Virus record (IMG/VR): IMGVR_UViG_3300031251_000012
Direction: 5' to 3' (one strand)
Origin: an uncultured virus (IMG/VR IMGVR_UViG_3300031251_000012)
Taxonomy: Duplodnaviria > Heunggongvirae > Uroviricota > Caudoviricetes
DNA length: 20,000 nucleotides
In this document: one piece after another, positions 1 through 8,363 of the stretch
Layout: each line of letters opens with the position of its first letter
How positions within the stretch are numbered: position 1 is the stretch's first letter
Translations under genes and position numbers: made by a program
The notes under the pieces: model-generated
What the model saw: only the letters and a program-made list of their open reading frames with translations
Database searches by the model: none
Told to the model about the DNA's origin: nothing

Positions 1-1
1 T

Positions 2-172
2 AGCCGTTTCCTTTATCTCTTGTGAGTTGTCAATATTTACAATCTTTTCGCTATTGGGTAATCCGATCTCTGGAAAAATCTTTTTTATCGTCTTGACTGT
101 CTTGAATATTTTATGTTTTTTTATAAACGATGGGAAGTCTTTTTTACTGAATATTTGTTTTACTGTTGGCAT
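2..172 (-). CDS. Hypothetical protein, N-terminal part (runs off the window start)
   Basis: Manual translation from ATG at 172: MPTVKQIFSKKDFPSFIKKHKIFK..., open to the window edge; begins 3 nt after the stop of 176..358. Confidence 0.6.
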   Translation of the reverse strand, partial: MPTVKQIFSKKDFPSFIKKHKIFKTVKTIKKIFPEIGLPNSEKIVNIDNSQEIKETA

Positions 173-175
173 AGT

Positions 176-358
176 TTATAGTCCTGTAATCTGTTTTCTA
201 TATACTGCTATTTGCTCTGCTGTTAGCTTATCCGAACTCTCTACGCGAACTGCGAATGGAAGCCTTGCTAATTCCCATTTTGCAACGCCCTCGTGATCGT
301 ATTCCCAGTATGCCATATCACCACGCGACGAAGTAATCATTAGAAAATAAGATTTCAT
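176..358 (-). CDS. Hypothetical protein (60 aa)
   Basis: ORF track; ATGA overlap with upstream gene. Confidence 0.6.
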   Translation of the reverse strand: MKSYFLMITSSRGDMAYWEYDHEGVAKWELARLPFAVRVESSDKLTAEQIAVYRKQITGL

Positions 359-741
359 TTGGTTTCTCCTAATTGAATAAAATCACAACCGCCGAACTTC
401 AATAACAACTCTGGTATATGTTTCATATTCCAGCCAACTGCTTTTTCTTTCGTTTTTAGTTTTACTTGCTCAGACAAGAAAATATACGCTCTATCAATCC
501 ATTGTTGTGGTAATGGTATTCCGCCTATATTTATATCTGCAATCCTCTTGTTTGCACCACCAAAACCAGAATAAGTCATAAATCCAGAACGCAATAACCT
601 AAATACTGATGATGATCTAAAATTAGAACCAGTTGCTTCTTCTGGAAGCACAAGGTTATATGATGGAATAACGAATGAATACTCGTTGCAAAACTCCATC
701 ATTTTTACTAACTGTTTTATTGTTGGCTGTCCGACAATCAT
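355..741 (-). CDS. Hypothetical protein (128 aa)
   Basis: ORF track; 4-bp overlaps with both neighbours. Confidence 0.7.
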   Translation of the reverse strand: MIVGQPTIKQLVKMMEFCNEYSFVIPSYNLVLPEEATGSNFRSSSVFRLLRSGFMTYSGFGGANKRIADINIGGIPLPQQWIDRAYIFLSEQVKLKTKEKAVGWNMKHIPELLLKFGGCDFIQLGETK

Positions 742-1103
742 TTTATTAATCCGATATGTTTGAATAATTCTGTATTGAACTCACCGAAGGTCTTGCCTTT
801 AACAAGAACATCAGGTGTTAGCCAGCGAACGATACCTTCATCACTTTCAATTATTGTTCCTGTGTATGATTTTGGTGTAAATACTTGAACCTGATATTCG
901 CCATCTATGCGTTCAAAAATAAATTGAGGATCAGATATTGTTAGTCCTGTTTCTTCCAATGTTTCACGGATGGCACATTGTTCGAATGTTTCATTTTCAA
1001 GGCTTTTTCCGCCGACCAGTCCAAAATCAGTATGATCGTTTCGGCGACTAATAGCCAAAACTTTATCGTTTTCAATTATCAGAACTGTTGATGCTCGTTT
1101 CAT
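738..1103 (-). CDS. Nudix hydrolase (MutT-like)
   Basis: Nudix box GGKSLENETFEQCAIRETLEETGL matches GX5EX7REUXEEXGU. Confidence 0.93.
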   Translation of the reverse strand: MKRASTVLIIENDKVLAISRRNDHTDFGLVGGKSLENETFEQCAIRETLEETGLTISDPQFIFERIDGEYQVQVFTPKSYTGTIIESDEGIVRWLTPDVLVKGKTFGEFNTELFKHIGLIK

Positions 1104-1106
1104 AAG

Positions 1107-1445
1107 TTATACCAATGTTAGATATTTTGCTAAGTTTTCTTTACCGTAGATTTTCTTATCATCTAATTGTGTAATGTGTTGCCCATTGATCCAATATTCT
1201 GTATGACCATTGACCCATTCTTTTGCTGGGCCGTCTTCTCTATGAAGTTCGGCTTTACCATTTATAAGGGAATAAGATCTTCTAACGCTCCTATCATAGT
1301 AATCTATGAATCCATTTTGTATGAAAATGCGAGAACTATTTCCGAATAATTCGTATAATTTTTTATTCACAATAAAACAAGTCTGGTGAATTATGTGTTT
1401 TACTGTTTGTCCAACTCTAAATAATAGATTTTGTTGCATAATCAA
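1107..1445 (-). CDS. Hypothetical protein with one LHREDGPA-type repeat and C-terminal KYLTLV tag
   Basis: LHREDGPAKEWVNGHTEYWING resembles a repeat common in large-virus proteins; ends ...LAKYLTLV*. Confidence 0.75.
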   Translation of the reverse strand: MIMQQNLLFRVGQTVKHIIHQTCFIVNKKLYELFGNSSRIFIQNGFIDYYDRSVRRSYSLINGKAELHREDGPAKEWVNGHTEYWINGQHITQLDDKKIYGKENLAKYLTLV

Positions 1446-2413
1446 TCTACTTTATACACATTAACAAGAAAACTATTACTATCAACTTCAATCTTTTTCG
1501 AATCCTTGTTGCCCCAATTATCTGGCAACAATGCAATATGATTCGCAAGTAATTCTTTTTTCAATTTATCTTTATATTTAGCAATAACATTTGCCTCTTT
1601 TGGCATACAGCAGATTTCAATCTCTACTCTATCTGTCAATTCCAATTCAAGTTCTTTTCGAACATTTTGCAATGCAGATTTCAAGTCGGCAATAAATCCT
1701 TGCTCCAACAATTCAGGAGTTAAATTAGTGTCAAGAATGATTACCCCCGACCTGTTTGATGCAGAAGCATAACCCGCTTTTGATACGAACTCAACTTCAA
1801 TATCACTCAATGTTAGATCAATATCGCACATTCTAACTGTTTCTTTATTTTCAAGCAGTTTATACAAGTTTTTCCTATCGGCAAAACTCATTTTTGCCAA
1901 TTCAGCTTTCAGTCCGTTTGCTTGCTTTCCAGCGCCACGCTTACCAAGAACTCGAAAATTAGGTTTCAATACCATATCGGTAAATTCATTTGCATTCTCA
2001 ATGAATACAACTTTCTCAACATTCAATTCATCTCCAAGAATATTAGCATATTCGTTATGTTTGCAATCAACATATACCATATAATTTTGAACTTGTTTGT
2101 CTGAATATAATACATACGCTGTGCGTAATGGCTGTCGATTACGGATCTTTACATCCGCACGAACCTTATGCCCCATCTCACACATATCGCGAATTGAACG
2201 CATACGATCAATCAATTCAAAATCAACATCGCTCAGTGGTAATTTATCTACACTGACGATAGTGAAGTTTGGATCGTTTTGATATTCCACCTGATACTCT
2301 TTGATCAGTTGTTCTGATTTATCGTCAATGGAATTGAATGACGCGAATGCTGTCCATTCCTGAACGAATCCATTATCGTTTGTTGATTTGTAGCGAACTG
2401 TGTATTCACGCAC
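1442..2413 (-). CDS. Stand-alone C-terminal region of type-2 isoleucyl-tRNA synthetase (DUF5915-like); no catalytic domain
   Basis: IleRS2 C-terminal motifs IRNRQPL, DELNVEKV, LKPNFRVLGKR, LDTNLTPELLEQG...LQNVRKELELELTDRVEI; no HIGH/KMSKS; GTG start with AAGGA SD and an in-frame stop just upstream. Confidence 0.85.
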   Translation of the reverse strand: MREYTVRYKSTNDNGFVQEWTAFASFNSIDDKSEQLIKEYQVEYQNDPNFTIVSVDKLPLSDVDFELIDRMRSIRDMCEMGHKVRADVKIRNRQPLRTAYVLYSDKQVQNYMVYVDCKHNEYANILGDELNVEKVVFIENANEFTDMVLKPNFRVLGKRGAGKQANGLKAELAKMSFADRKNLYKLLENKETVRMCDIDLTLSDIEVEFVSKAGYASASNRSGVIILDTNLTPELLEQGFIADLKSALQNVRKELELELTDRVEIEICCMPKEANVIAKYKDKLKKELLANHIALLPDNWGNKDSKKIEVDSNSFLVNVYKVD

Positions 2414-2529
2414 GGTTTTTGTTTCCTTCGATTAGCCCTGTTGCATTCCAGTCTTTACCGCTAACCCAATGCATTAGATTTGCAATACCAATTAGATTTT
2501 CTACCACGCCGGCACTACTGAATTGATCA

Positions 2530-3015
2530 TTATGCAATTGCTTTGCTAAATTGTTTATAGTCCTTATAGGACTTTGTAATCCTATTCCAAAATCCCCACG
2601 ATCTGTTTTTCCTACTACCAGTGAAAAACAATGTCCATGGACCATCATTTTCATCAATCAATTCCACTCGATGAAAATCGTTAGGCGTGAAAAAATTGAA
2701 TGACAAGGGTTTTACAAAACGACGATATACCGTATCATCTGGTGCTCTGCGTTCTTCCCAGTATCCCTTTGTCAAAACGAAACTAAATGAAAAACTCGTC
2801 GGATGGTTGTGGAGAAGATACGCATATCCTCCAACATTATCAGTAATATCAATATCAAGATCACTACTACGAAAATGATGAAGGAACAAGTTTCCCCGTT
2901 CCCTATCTTTCCATAATAGGTAATACCGTGTCAAGTATGGCTTGCCATCTGGCTTTGGAATTGTAATATTAGGAATCTTTTTAACCAATGAACCAAGCAC
3001 ACTTAGCATTATCAT
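2530..3015 (-). CDS. Cupin-like (HxH metal-binding) phage protein
   Basis: YLTRYYL...LFLHHF...LHNHP...GYWEE...FHRVEL...WTLFFTG...WGF pattern consistent with a cupin double-stranded beta-helix. Confidence 0.7.
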   Translation of the reverse strand: MIMLSVLGSLVKKIPNITIPKPDGKPYLTRYYLLWKDRERGNLFLHHFRSSDLDIDITDNVGGYAYLLHNHPTSFSFSFVLTKGYWEERRAPDDTVYRRFVKPLSFNFFTPNDFHRVELIDENDGPWTLFFTGSRKNRSWGFWNRITKSYKDYKQFSKAIA

Positions 3016-3032
3016 TCTCCATCTAAATTGTC

Positions 3033-3230
3033 GGGAACGCTGGAACCTTTACCAGTCGGCATTTAACTTATCCAGTTCTCATTCTTATAGATTACGCTTT
3101 GCAATCTACCGCGTCTGGGCACATTCAGCGGCGAATGAAAGGGATTTGTTTGCTTGCGGGCACGCCTCTATCGAGACTTTCAGATATTTTCAACTTTGGA
3201 CATTTACTTTATCTAAAAAACTCCGCTCCC
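3033..3230 (-). ncRNA. Candidate structured ncRNA or long 5' leader (~198 nt), family unassigned
   Basis: Starts at the predicted TSS of promoter 3238-3266; 5' GGGAGCG pairs with 3' CGUUCCC; several internal stems using G-U pairs on this strand. Confidence 0.6.
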
Positions 3231-3237
3231 TGTTAGT

Positions 3238-3266
3238 ATTGTAAGCATTAGCCCGACACCCGTCAA
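3238..3266 (-). promoter_or_regulatory. Sigma70-type promoter TTGACG-N17-TACAAT
   Basis: Read directly on the minus strand; the -35 overlaps the TGA of the upstream gene. Confidence 0.8.
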
Positions 3267-3772
3267 GGGGCTTTGGGATATTGTTTTTTATCTTTATTGG
3301 AACCAACTCTTGGCATTTCAACGCCGAAGATAGTTCGGTATATCGTTGCAAGACATACTTCTGAACAAGCAACTCTATTTGGTAAATCTTGTGTCTCGTA
3401 AGCCTTGTTCATATTACCAATTGGCTTTTGGCAATTGCAACATTTAGCCATACTTTTTAATGTTGTTTGTGCCCAGCGTTCAAGTTTTTCAATGTCTTTT
3501 TTATTGTGAGGATCGAATAATTGGCAGGAACCTTTGCCATCCGCATTTACAAGTGAAACGCTTTTTGTTTCATCCCAATATTTCTGATGCCACTCTTCAA
3601 TCATACGAAGCGATACATTTACTGCATCAACAGGACTAACAAGGTTTTTTTGTTCGCCACTAAACATAACTGGAAGTATATCTTTGCCAGCGAACTTAGA
3701 ACCACCACAACTAATCTCTACGAGTAGTCTATTGTCTTCATAACGTCTCTGGCGAGACACATAATAACCCAT
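3263..3772 (-). CDS. Hypothetical protein with C-terminal Cys-rich zinc-finger-like region
   Basis: CCNC...CSEVC motif. Confidence 0.75.
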   Translation of the reverse strand: MGYYVSRQRRYEDNRLLVEISCGGSKFAGKDILPVMFSGEQKNLVSPVDAVNVSLRMIEEWHQKYWDETKSVSLVNADGKGSCQLFDPHNKKDIEKLERWAQTTLKSMAKCCNCQKPIGNMNKAYETQDLPNRVACSEVCLATIYRTIFGVEMPRVGSNKDKKQYPKAP

Positions 3773-3777
3773 CGGTT

Positions 3778-4617
3778 TTACCTCAATCTCTCGAATGTTT
3801 CAATGAACCTGTTCCAATACTTATCTTCCAAGATAGTCTCGAACTCCATGTACTCGAACTCTTCCTTCAAGGAATCAAAATCAACTTCGTATTCACTAAA
3901 TTGCAACTCTTCATCCTCTATGATTTTGAATGCAACTAATTGATTATTCAATGAATAGTTTGCTCTATTCTCTACTACGGAAAGAAACTCCGCTAACTTT
4001 TCTGGATCGCTTGCAATAGCAATAGCCTTCTTCTTACTAATCAATGATGGAATGTTATCGCTTGTATCGCCATTCAATGTTAGGAATGTTAGGAAGTGAT
4101 AGTCTGGCGGAACAACATAGCCTTTTAGATTATGACTAAATACTTTTAGATTATCATAACCTTTTTGTAATAACTGAATGTAATCCTTGTCCGATGATAT
4201 AACTGTTAGATCCTCATCTTGCAATGTAGAAACTAATGTCGCAATAACATCGTCCGCTTCGTATCTATCTGATTTTACTTGGGTTATTGGAAGATATTTT
4301 AGCAACTTCAACATAATGTTGTATTGACGAAGGAAGTCATCGCGTTTCTTTTGCTTGTCTTCTGATCCTACTTTGATGATTCTGTTAGATTTATATTCGG
4401 AATATAACTCTCTTCTAAAACAATTTTCCCCTTCAAGCGCGAAGAATACTTTATCAGGATCGAATTGTTCAATCAATGCTCTGGTATTACGGAAAAAATT
4501 ATATACTGCGGCGAAACTTTCTTTATCTTCGTCTTCTGGTTTTGGCTTACCGAATGTGATATTCGCCCTATAACTAAAATTTAAACCGTCAATCAGTAAT
4601 ACTTTGTCCTTGCTCAT
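3778..4617 (-). CDS. 5'-3' exonuclease / flap endonuclease (T4 RNase H / T5 D15-like)
   Basis: LLIDG, RRELYSEYKSNR, EADDVIA, SSDKDYIQL and GDTSDNIP motifs; 279 aa stand-alone. Confidence 0.92.
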   Translation of the reverse strand: MSKDKVLLIDGLNFSYRANITFGKPKPEDEDKESFAAVYNFFRNTRALIEQFDPDKVFFALEGENCFRRELYSEYKSNRIIKVGSEDKQKKRDDFLRQYNIMLKLLKYLPITQVKSDRYEADDVIATLVSTLQDEDLTVISSDKDYIQLLQKGYDNLKVFSHNLKGYVVPPDYHFLTFLTLNGDTSDNIPSLISKKKAIAIASDPEKLAEFLSVVENRANYSLNNQLVAFKIIEDEELQFSEYEVDFDSLKEEFEYMEFETILEDKYWNRFIETFERLR

Positions 4618-4729
4618 CAGTTTTCAATCTCGAATGGTGTCGTTTTCTAACATATCCTTCAACCGACAAAATAACAATAATCAATAACGCTATGAATGCA
4701 ATCTTGTGTCGGCGAATAAAATCAATCAT
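4589..4729 (-). CDS. Small membrane protein (46 aa), not in the ORF track
   Basis: MIDFIRRHKIAFIALLIIVILSVEGYVRKRHHSRLKTDEQGQSITD; one hydrophobic helix; fills the gap between neighbours. Confidence 0.55.
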   Translation of the reverse strand: MIDFIRRHKIAFIALLIIVILSVEGYVRKRHHSRLKTDEQGQSITD

Positions 4730-4740
4730 CTAACATAATA

Positions 4741-4956
4741 CTATTTTATTGGAATATTGTCTGCCTCTTTTTTACTGACGAAGAAACTATGGCTCTTACT
4801 TTCTTTACATCTGACTAATACAACTTCTGGTTCGCATATCTCATAATCACCATCGTATGATGTCATCACATCCATACCATCCGAATCTTCGTTTGGATCA
4901 TCAAGATATAGTGATTTACATCCACAAAACGGGCACATTGTGATTTGATTTTTCAT
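4741..4956 (-). CDS. Small zinc-ribbon-like protein
   Basis: CPFCGC...C...H; AGGA SD. Confidence 0.7.
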   Translation of the reverse strand: MKNQITMCPFCGCKSLYLDDPNEDSDGMDVMTSYDGDYEICEPEVVLVRCKESKSHSFFVSKKEADNIPIK

Positions 4957-4965
4957 TTTTATCCT

Positions 4966-5181
4966 TTACATTAGCAATAGATATTTTTCAATGTCTTCTT
5001 TATATTTAGAAGCGCTTGGAACTGTCAGACATAATGTATCAATATACATTGTAATACTTGTCGGATTTATATTTCTATATATAGAATAAGCAATTTCTGC
5101 TGGGACATTCAATTCTTTTTTCTCGAACAATGCAATTGTGTCTTCCCAATTTAATCTTGCGTGTTCTTCATAATCAAGCAT
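4966..5181 (-). CDS. Small protein, family A (ExR/KxLNV...KYxxEIEKYLLLx tail)
   Basis: FEKKELNVPAEI...SKYKEDIEKYLLLM*. Confidence 0.75.
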   Translation of the reverse strand: MLDYEEHARLNWEDTIALFEKKELNVPAEIAYSIYRNINPTSITMYIDTLCLTVPSASKYKEDIEKYLLLM

Positions 5182-5962
5182 AATAAATTGCTTTCCTCAA
5201 TGCAAGCATCAACTCGTTCTTTTTTTCATCATCAAGTTTTTCCAATACTTGATTTACCGCAATACCAGCCCAACCGGCATTATCTTTCATACCAGTTGCA
5301 ATTGCATTCTCGAATGCTGCTTTGCTTGTAGGATCACTCCACATTGACGCCATTAGGAATGCGCCCTTGTCATAATTTCTTTCAATTAGTTTTGGAATCT
5401 CGCTCGCTGCCAACGCAGGATTACTTATACGCATTCCTAAAAATGATGGACTCCACCAAAATACAGAACATTCATTCCATACATTGTGCCACCATTGTTC
5501 AATTAGAATCTCTCTATCTTGAATGTAAGCGTATGCAATCATACCTTCACGATATGTGGTTTTCAACTTTAAATCATCACAACCAATTACTTGTTTATGT
5601 TTCAATAACCATCTGTATAATAGAACTTTACATTCTTTCAATTTAGAATTGGCAATGATATTAAAAATACCGCGTAATAGTTCGTGGCTTTCTTTTTCTT
5701 TATCATGTAATATATTATGTAGTATAAATCCAACTGCTGGAGCAATCCTTCTTCTATATTCCTCATTAGAATCAATAAATAGATTTATAACATCAGTAGA
5801 AGTTCCACCGTTATGATGAATAATTGGACCGTTCAATCCCGGTTTATCAATTCTTTTTTTAATCAACTCGGCAATCTCATTTGGATCAAAAGACTTTTTC
5901 ATAGCCTTTACCCAAGGATCGCGTTTGATATAACTATCTTTTAGATCTTGTTGCTGATACAT
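5174..5962 (-). CDS. Hypothetical protein (262 aa), probably alpha-helical
   Basis: Long ORF in gene-dense context; no family recognised. Confidence 0.8.
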   Translation of the reverse strand: MYQQQDLKDSYIKRDPWVKAMKKSFDPNEIAELIKKRIDKPGLNGPIIHHNGGTSTDVINLFIDSNEEYRRRIAPAVGFILHNILHDKEKESHELLRGIFNIIANSKLKECKVLLYRWLLKHKQVIGCDDLKLKTTYREGMIAYAYIQDREILIEQWWHNVWNECSVFWWSPSFLGMRISNPALAASEIPKLIERNYDKGAFLMASMWSDPTSKAAFENAIATGMKDNAGWAGIAVNQVLEKLDDEKKNELMLALRKAIYYA

Positions 5963-5970
5963 CTGATACC

Positions 5971-6270
5971 TTAGTATGATTTCTTTTCTGCAATACTTCT
6001 TGCAACATCAACCAACGGTTCAAGCTCCGGTTCAATTGGAATTAGCTTTACTTTGCTTGGATCATATCGCCTACAACATACACAAGTTTTAGAATTGAAC
6101 TTATTTACTAATTGAAGTATTGATTTTGATTGCCCGTTATCAATAAGTTTTTCGTTAATAAACGACTTCAATAGCGCTGGGTTTTCAAAAACTGATTTTA
6201 TCAATGCAGAAAACTCATGCTTGATCAATGATACCTTATCGCTTGGTGAAAAATCTGAAAACTTTGCCAT
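5971..6270 (-). CDS. Hypothetical protein (99 aa)
   Basis: ORF track; abuts neighbours. Confidence 0.7.
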   Translation of the reverse strand: MAKFSDFSPSDKVSLIKHEFSALIKSVFENPALLKSFINEKLIDNGQSKSILQLVNKFNSKTCVCCRRYDPSKVKLIPIEPELEPLVDVARSIAEKKSY

Positions 6271-6271
6271 G

Positions 6272-6520
6272 TTAGTTCATTTCCTTTTTATTATCACTGT
6301 GTTCAGCACGAACAATTAGGTTGTTATTGTCCTTTGCAGAAACGAAAATAATCTTGTTTGGTAAATTAATACGGAGGCTCTTGATATGTTTATCAAGGAT
6401 TGCGTCTGCACATCGAATTAGGATTTTAGATCCAATGTCTTCATCTGGCGCAGACACTTCGATTGAACGATCGAGCATAACCGCTTCTTGACCAATTAGC
6501 ATAAAAGACTGTGGTTTCAT
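6272..6520 (-). CDS. Hypothetical protein (82 aa)
   Basis: GAGGAG SD; directly downstream of promoter 6538-6566. Confidence 0.75.
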   Translation of the reverse strand: MKPQSFMLIGQEAVMLDRSIEVSAPDEDIGSKILIRCADAILDKHIKSLRINLPNKIIFVSAKDNNNLIVRAEHSDNKKEMN

Positions 6521-6537
6521 TGCACTCTCCTCACAAC

Positions 6538-6566
6538 AATGTAAGGCTCCGTGCCCGCCAAGTCAA
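6538..6566 (-). promoter_or_regulatory. Sigma70-type promoter TTGACT-N17-TACATT
   Basis: Intergenic, GC-rich spacer, followed by SD and ATG at 6520. Confidence 0.8.
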
Positions 6567-6591
6567 TGTGGATGCTTGCGCCCAGTGTGCG

Positions 6592-7011
6592 CTACCGTCT
6601 TACAACCAGCGCGCCCACAATAATCAATGCCATACCAATAACTTTCATCATAGTTATCTGTTCTCCGAAGAATATCGAAGTCAAAATCAATGTTATTACA
6701 ATTGGCGAAGTCATAGATATTGAATACAATGTAGCAACATTATTGCTATCACGAATAGCATATATGAATGCAAGCCCTGCCATTGTTGCAGATAGCGTTG
6801 CAAGCATTGCCCACATTGCACCAATAACATTAAATGGTTGTGCTACCTTTGTAGAAAGAATGTAGATATATATTGGTAATAATGCTATACCAACACAACA
6901 ATTCACTATATGAATTTGAAACGGATGTAGATGTCTTGTTGCCAACTTTAAAAAGAAACTCCAAAATCCATATCCAAGAATAGATATAATGATTAGGTAT
7001 TTACTATTCAT
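6592..7011 (-). CDS. EamA/DMT-family small membrane transporter (single domain)
   Basis: About five hydrophobic segments; SPIVITLILTSIFFGEQITMMKVIGMALIIVG is typical of EamA. Confidence 0.85.
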   Translation of the reverse strand: MNSKYLIIISILGYGFWSFFLKLATRHLHPFQIHIVNCCVGIALLPIYIYILSTKVAQPFNVIGAMWAMLATLSATMAGLAFIYAIRDSNNVATLYSISMTSPIVITLILTSIFFGEQITMMKVIGMALIIVGALVVRR

Positions 7012-7012
7012 A

Positions 7013-7711
7013 TCACGACCACAAGTATTTTCTAATACCTAATACACGAATAAGCATTTCTTCTAACTTATCTTCGTTTCTTTTATTAAGATTTTGTAAA
7101 TTATCCCACAATTGTTTTGTATCAGGTGATTTACTTCGTTTTGCTTTACTCCAAGCAGTCATCGCATCATCGGCTTCCTTATATTCGAGTTTTCGATCCT
7201 TATTCCACCAATGATAGATTGCATAGATTTCAGTGTATTTATCTAATTGCGTTTGTAAAATTGGTTCTTTTGCAACCTCTTCTGCTGTTGGCATATACAT
7301 ACGCTGACGCAATACGAAGTTAGTCAATAGATTGAATATCGCATATACCATTTTTGTATCGGTATCAATATACCCGTGTCGGTAATGATCAGCATCTCCA
7401 ATCTTATTCCTTTTTGGTTGGCGAAGATCAAGAATATGATCTCGCTCAATAATGAATGATATGAACCAGTATTTGAAGTCGTGAAGTTTCCATCCAATTA
7501 GACTAAGCCAAGCATAACGAATGAATGTCGGAAGTGTTGATGCGAAAAAGAACTTCACGGGGTAAATCTTTTTTAGGTGATCGTAATAGTCATCCCATGT
7601 TGGACTACCATCATCATTACCAAAATCTCTCATTGGCATAGCATTGCAGTGATCTGACATTCCTAATTGTTTAGGATTTGGAAACTTGAAAATCTTTGTG
7701 AAGTATAGCAT
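7013..7711 (-). CDS. Hypothetical protein (232 aa)
   Basis: Long ORF; TAATG overlap with the upstream gene. Confidence 0.8.
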   Translation of the reverse strand: MLYFTKIFKFPNPKQLGMSDHCNAMPMRDFGNDDGSPTWDDYYDHLKKIYPVKFFFASTLPTFIRYAWLSLIGWKLHDFKYWFISFIIERDHILDLRQPKRNKIGDADHYRHGYIDTDTKMVYAIFNLLTNFVLRQRMYMPTAEEVAKEPILQTQLDKYTEIYAIYHWWNKDRKLEYKEADDAMTAWSKAKRSKSPDTKQLWDNLQNLNKRNEDKLEEMLIRVLGIRKYLWS

Positions 7712-8079
7712 TATTTGACCAATTCCTCTCGTATCATAACTCCCAATTCATAAGCGAACTCTTCTCGATCATATTCGGATTTGGGATATCCATCGAAGCC
7801 TTTTTGAAAAGATCTAACCCAATTTGTATTCGTATCTAATAATTTTTCAATTGAATAACCGCGTCCGCTTGCTAAATGTTTTGGTATTTTTTCTTGATCT
7901 GCAAGCAACACACACGCTAATGCACAACAAGTTTGATCTTTTTTTGGTGCCCAGTGTTCTTTGCCTTTTGTAGATTTCCATTCAATTCCCCAAGATTGAA
8001 TACCAAGTTTTATACCCTTTGTTGTAATGGTCTTTATAGCATTACGAATAATTTGTTCTCGTTCCCCATCAGTTAGCAT
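7711..8079 (-). CDS. Hypothetical protein (122 aa)
   Basis: ORF track; overlaps neighbours. Confidence 0.75.
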   Translation of the reverse strand: MLTDGEREQIIRNAIKTITTKGIKLGIQSWGIEWKSTKGKEHWAPKKDQTCCALACVLLADQEKIPKHLASGRGYSIEKLLDTNTNWVRSFQKGFDGYPKSEYDREEFAYELGVMIREELVK

Positions 8080-8363
8080 AATATCAATAACTTTTCTAAT
8101 TGTTTCGCTGTTTTGATATCAAACAATTTATAACCATCAAAAACTTTGATTAGCCTTTCCCTACGATCAGGTGATGGAAACATATGCATTATGAATGTAT
8201 GTTCTTGGCTCCATTCGATTGCATAAGGCTGAATATTTTTCATCGCATAACTAAATTTGGTTTCGTCTTCTTCGGTAAAATGTAATATATCACAATCATT
8301 ACAATATTTATGGTCTAATTCTCCGCTACACCTAATGCAATGGATATTGGCTGGATGTTTCAT
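8073..8363 (-). CDS. Small zinc-ribbon protein, family B, C-terminal EKLLILC tag
   Basis: CIRC...CNDC; tail DGYKLFDIKTAKQLEKLLILC*; paralog of 8360..8713. Confidence 0.8.
   Translation of the reverse strand: MKHPANIHCIRCSGELDHKYCNDCDILHFTEEDETKFSYAMKNIQPYAIEWSQEHTFIMHMFPSPDRRERLIKVFDGYKLFDIKTAKQLEKLLILC

Noticed and set aside
2406..2657. 83-aa minus-strand ORF
   Set aside because: It overlaps the cupin-like gene by 128 bp out of frame and has no motif; probably spurious.
3033..3230. tRNA, tmRNA or RNase P RNA identity for the structured element
   Set aside because: No TTCRA T-loop, no G3-U70 pair or clear tag ORF, no GAGGAAAGTCC/CR-V pair; left unassigned.
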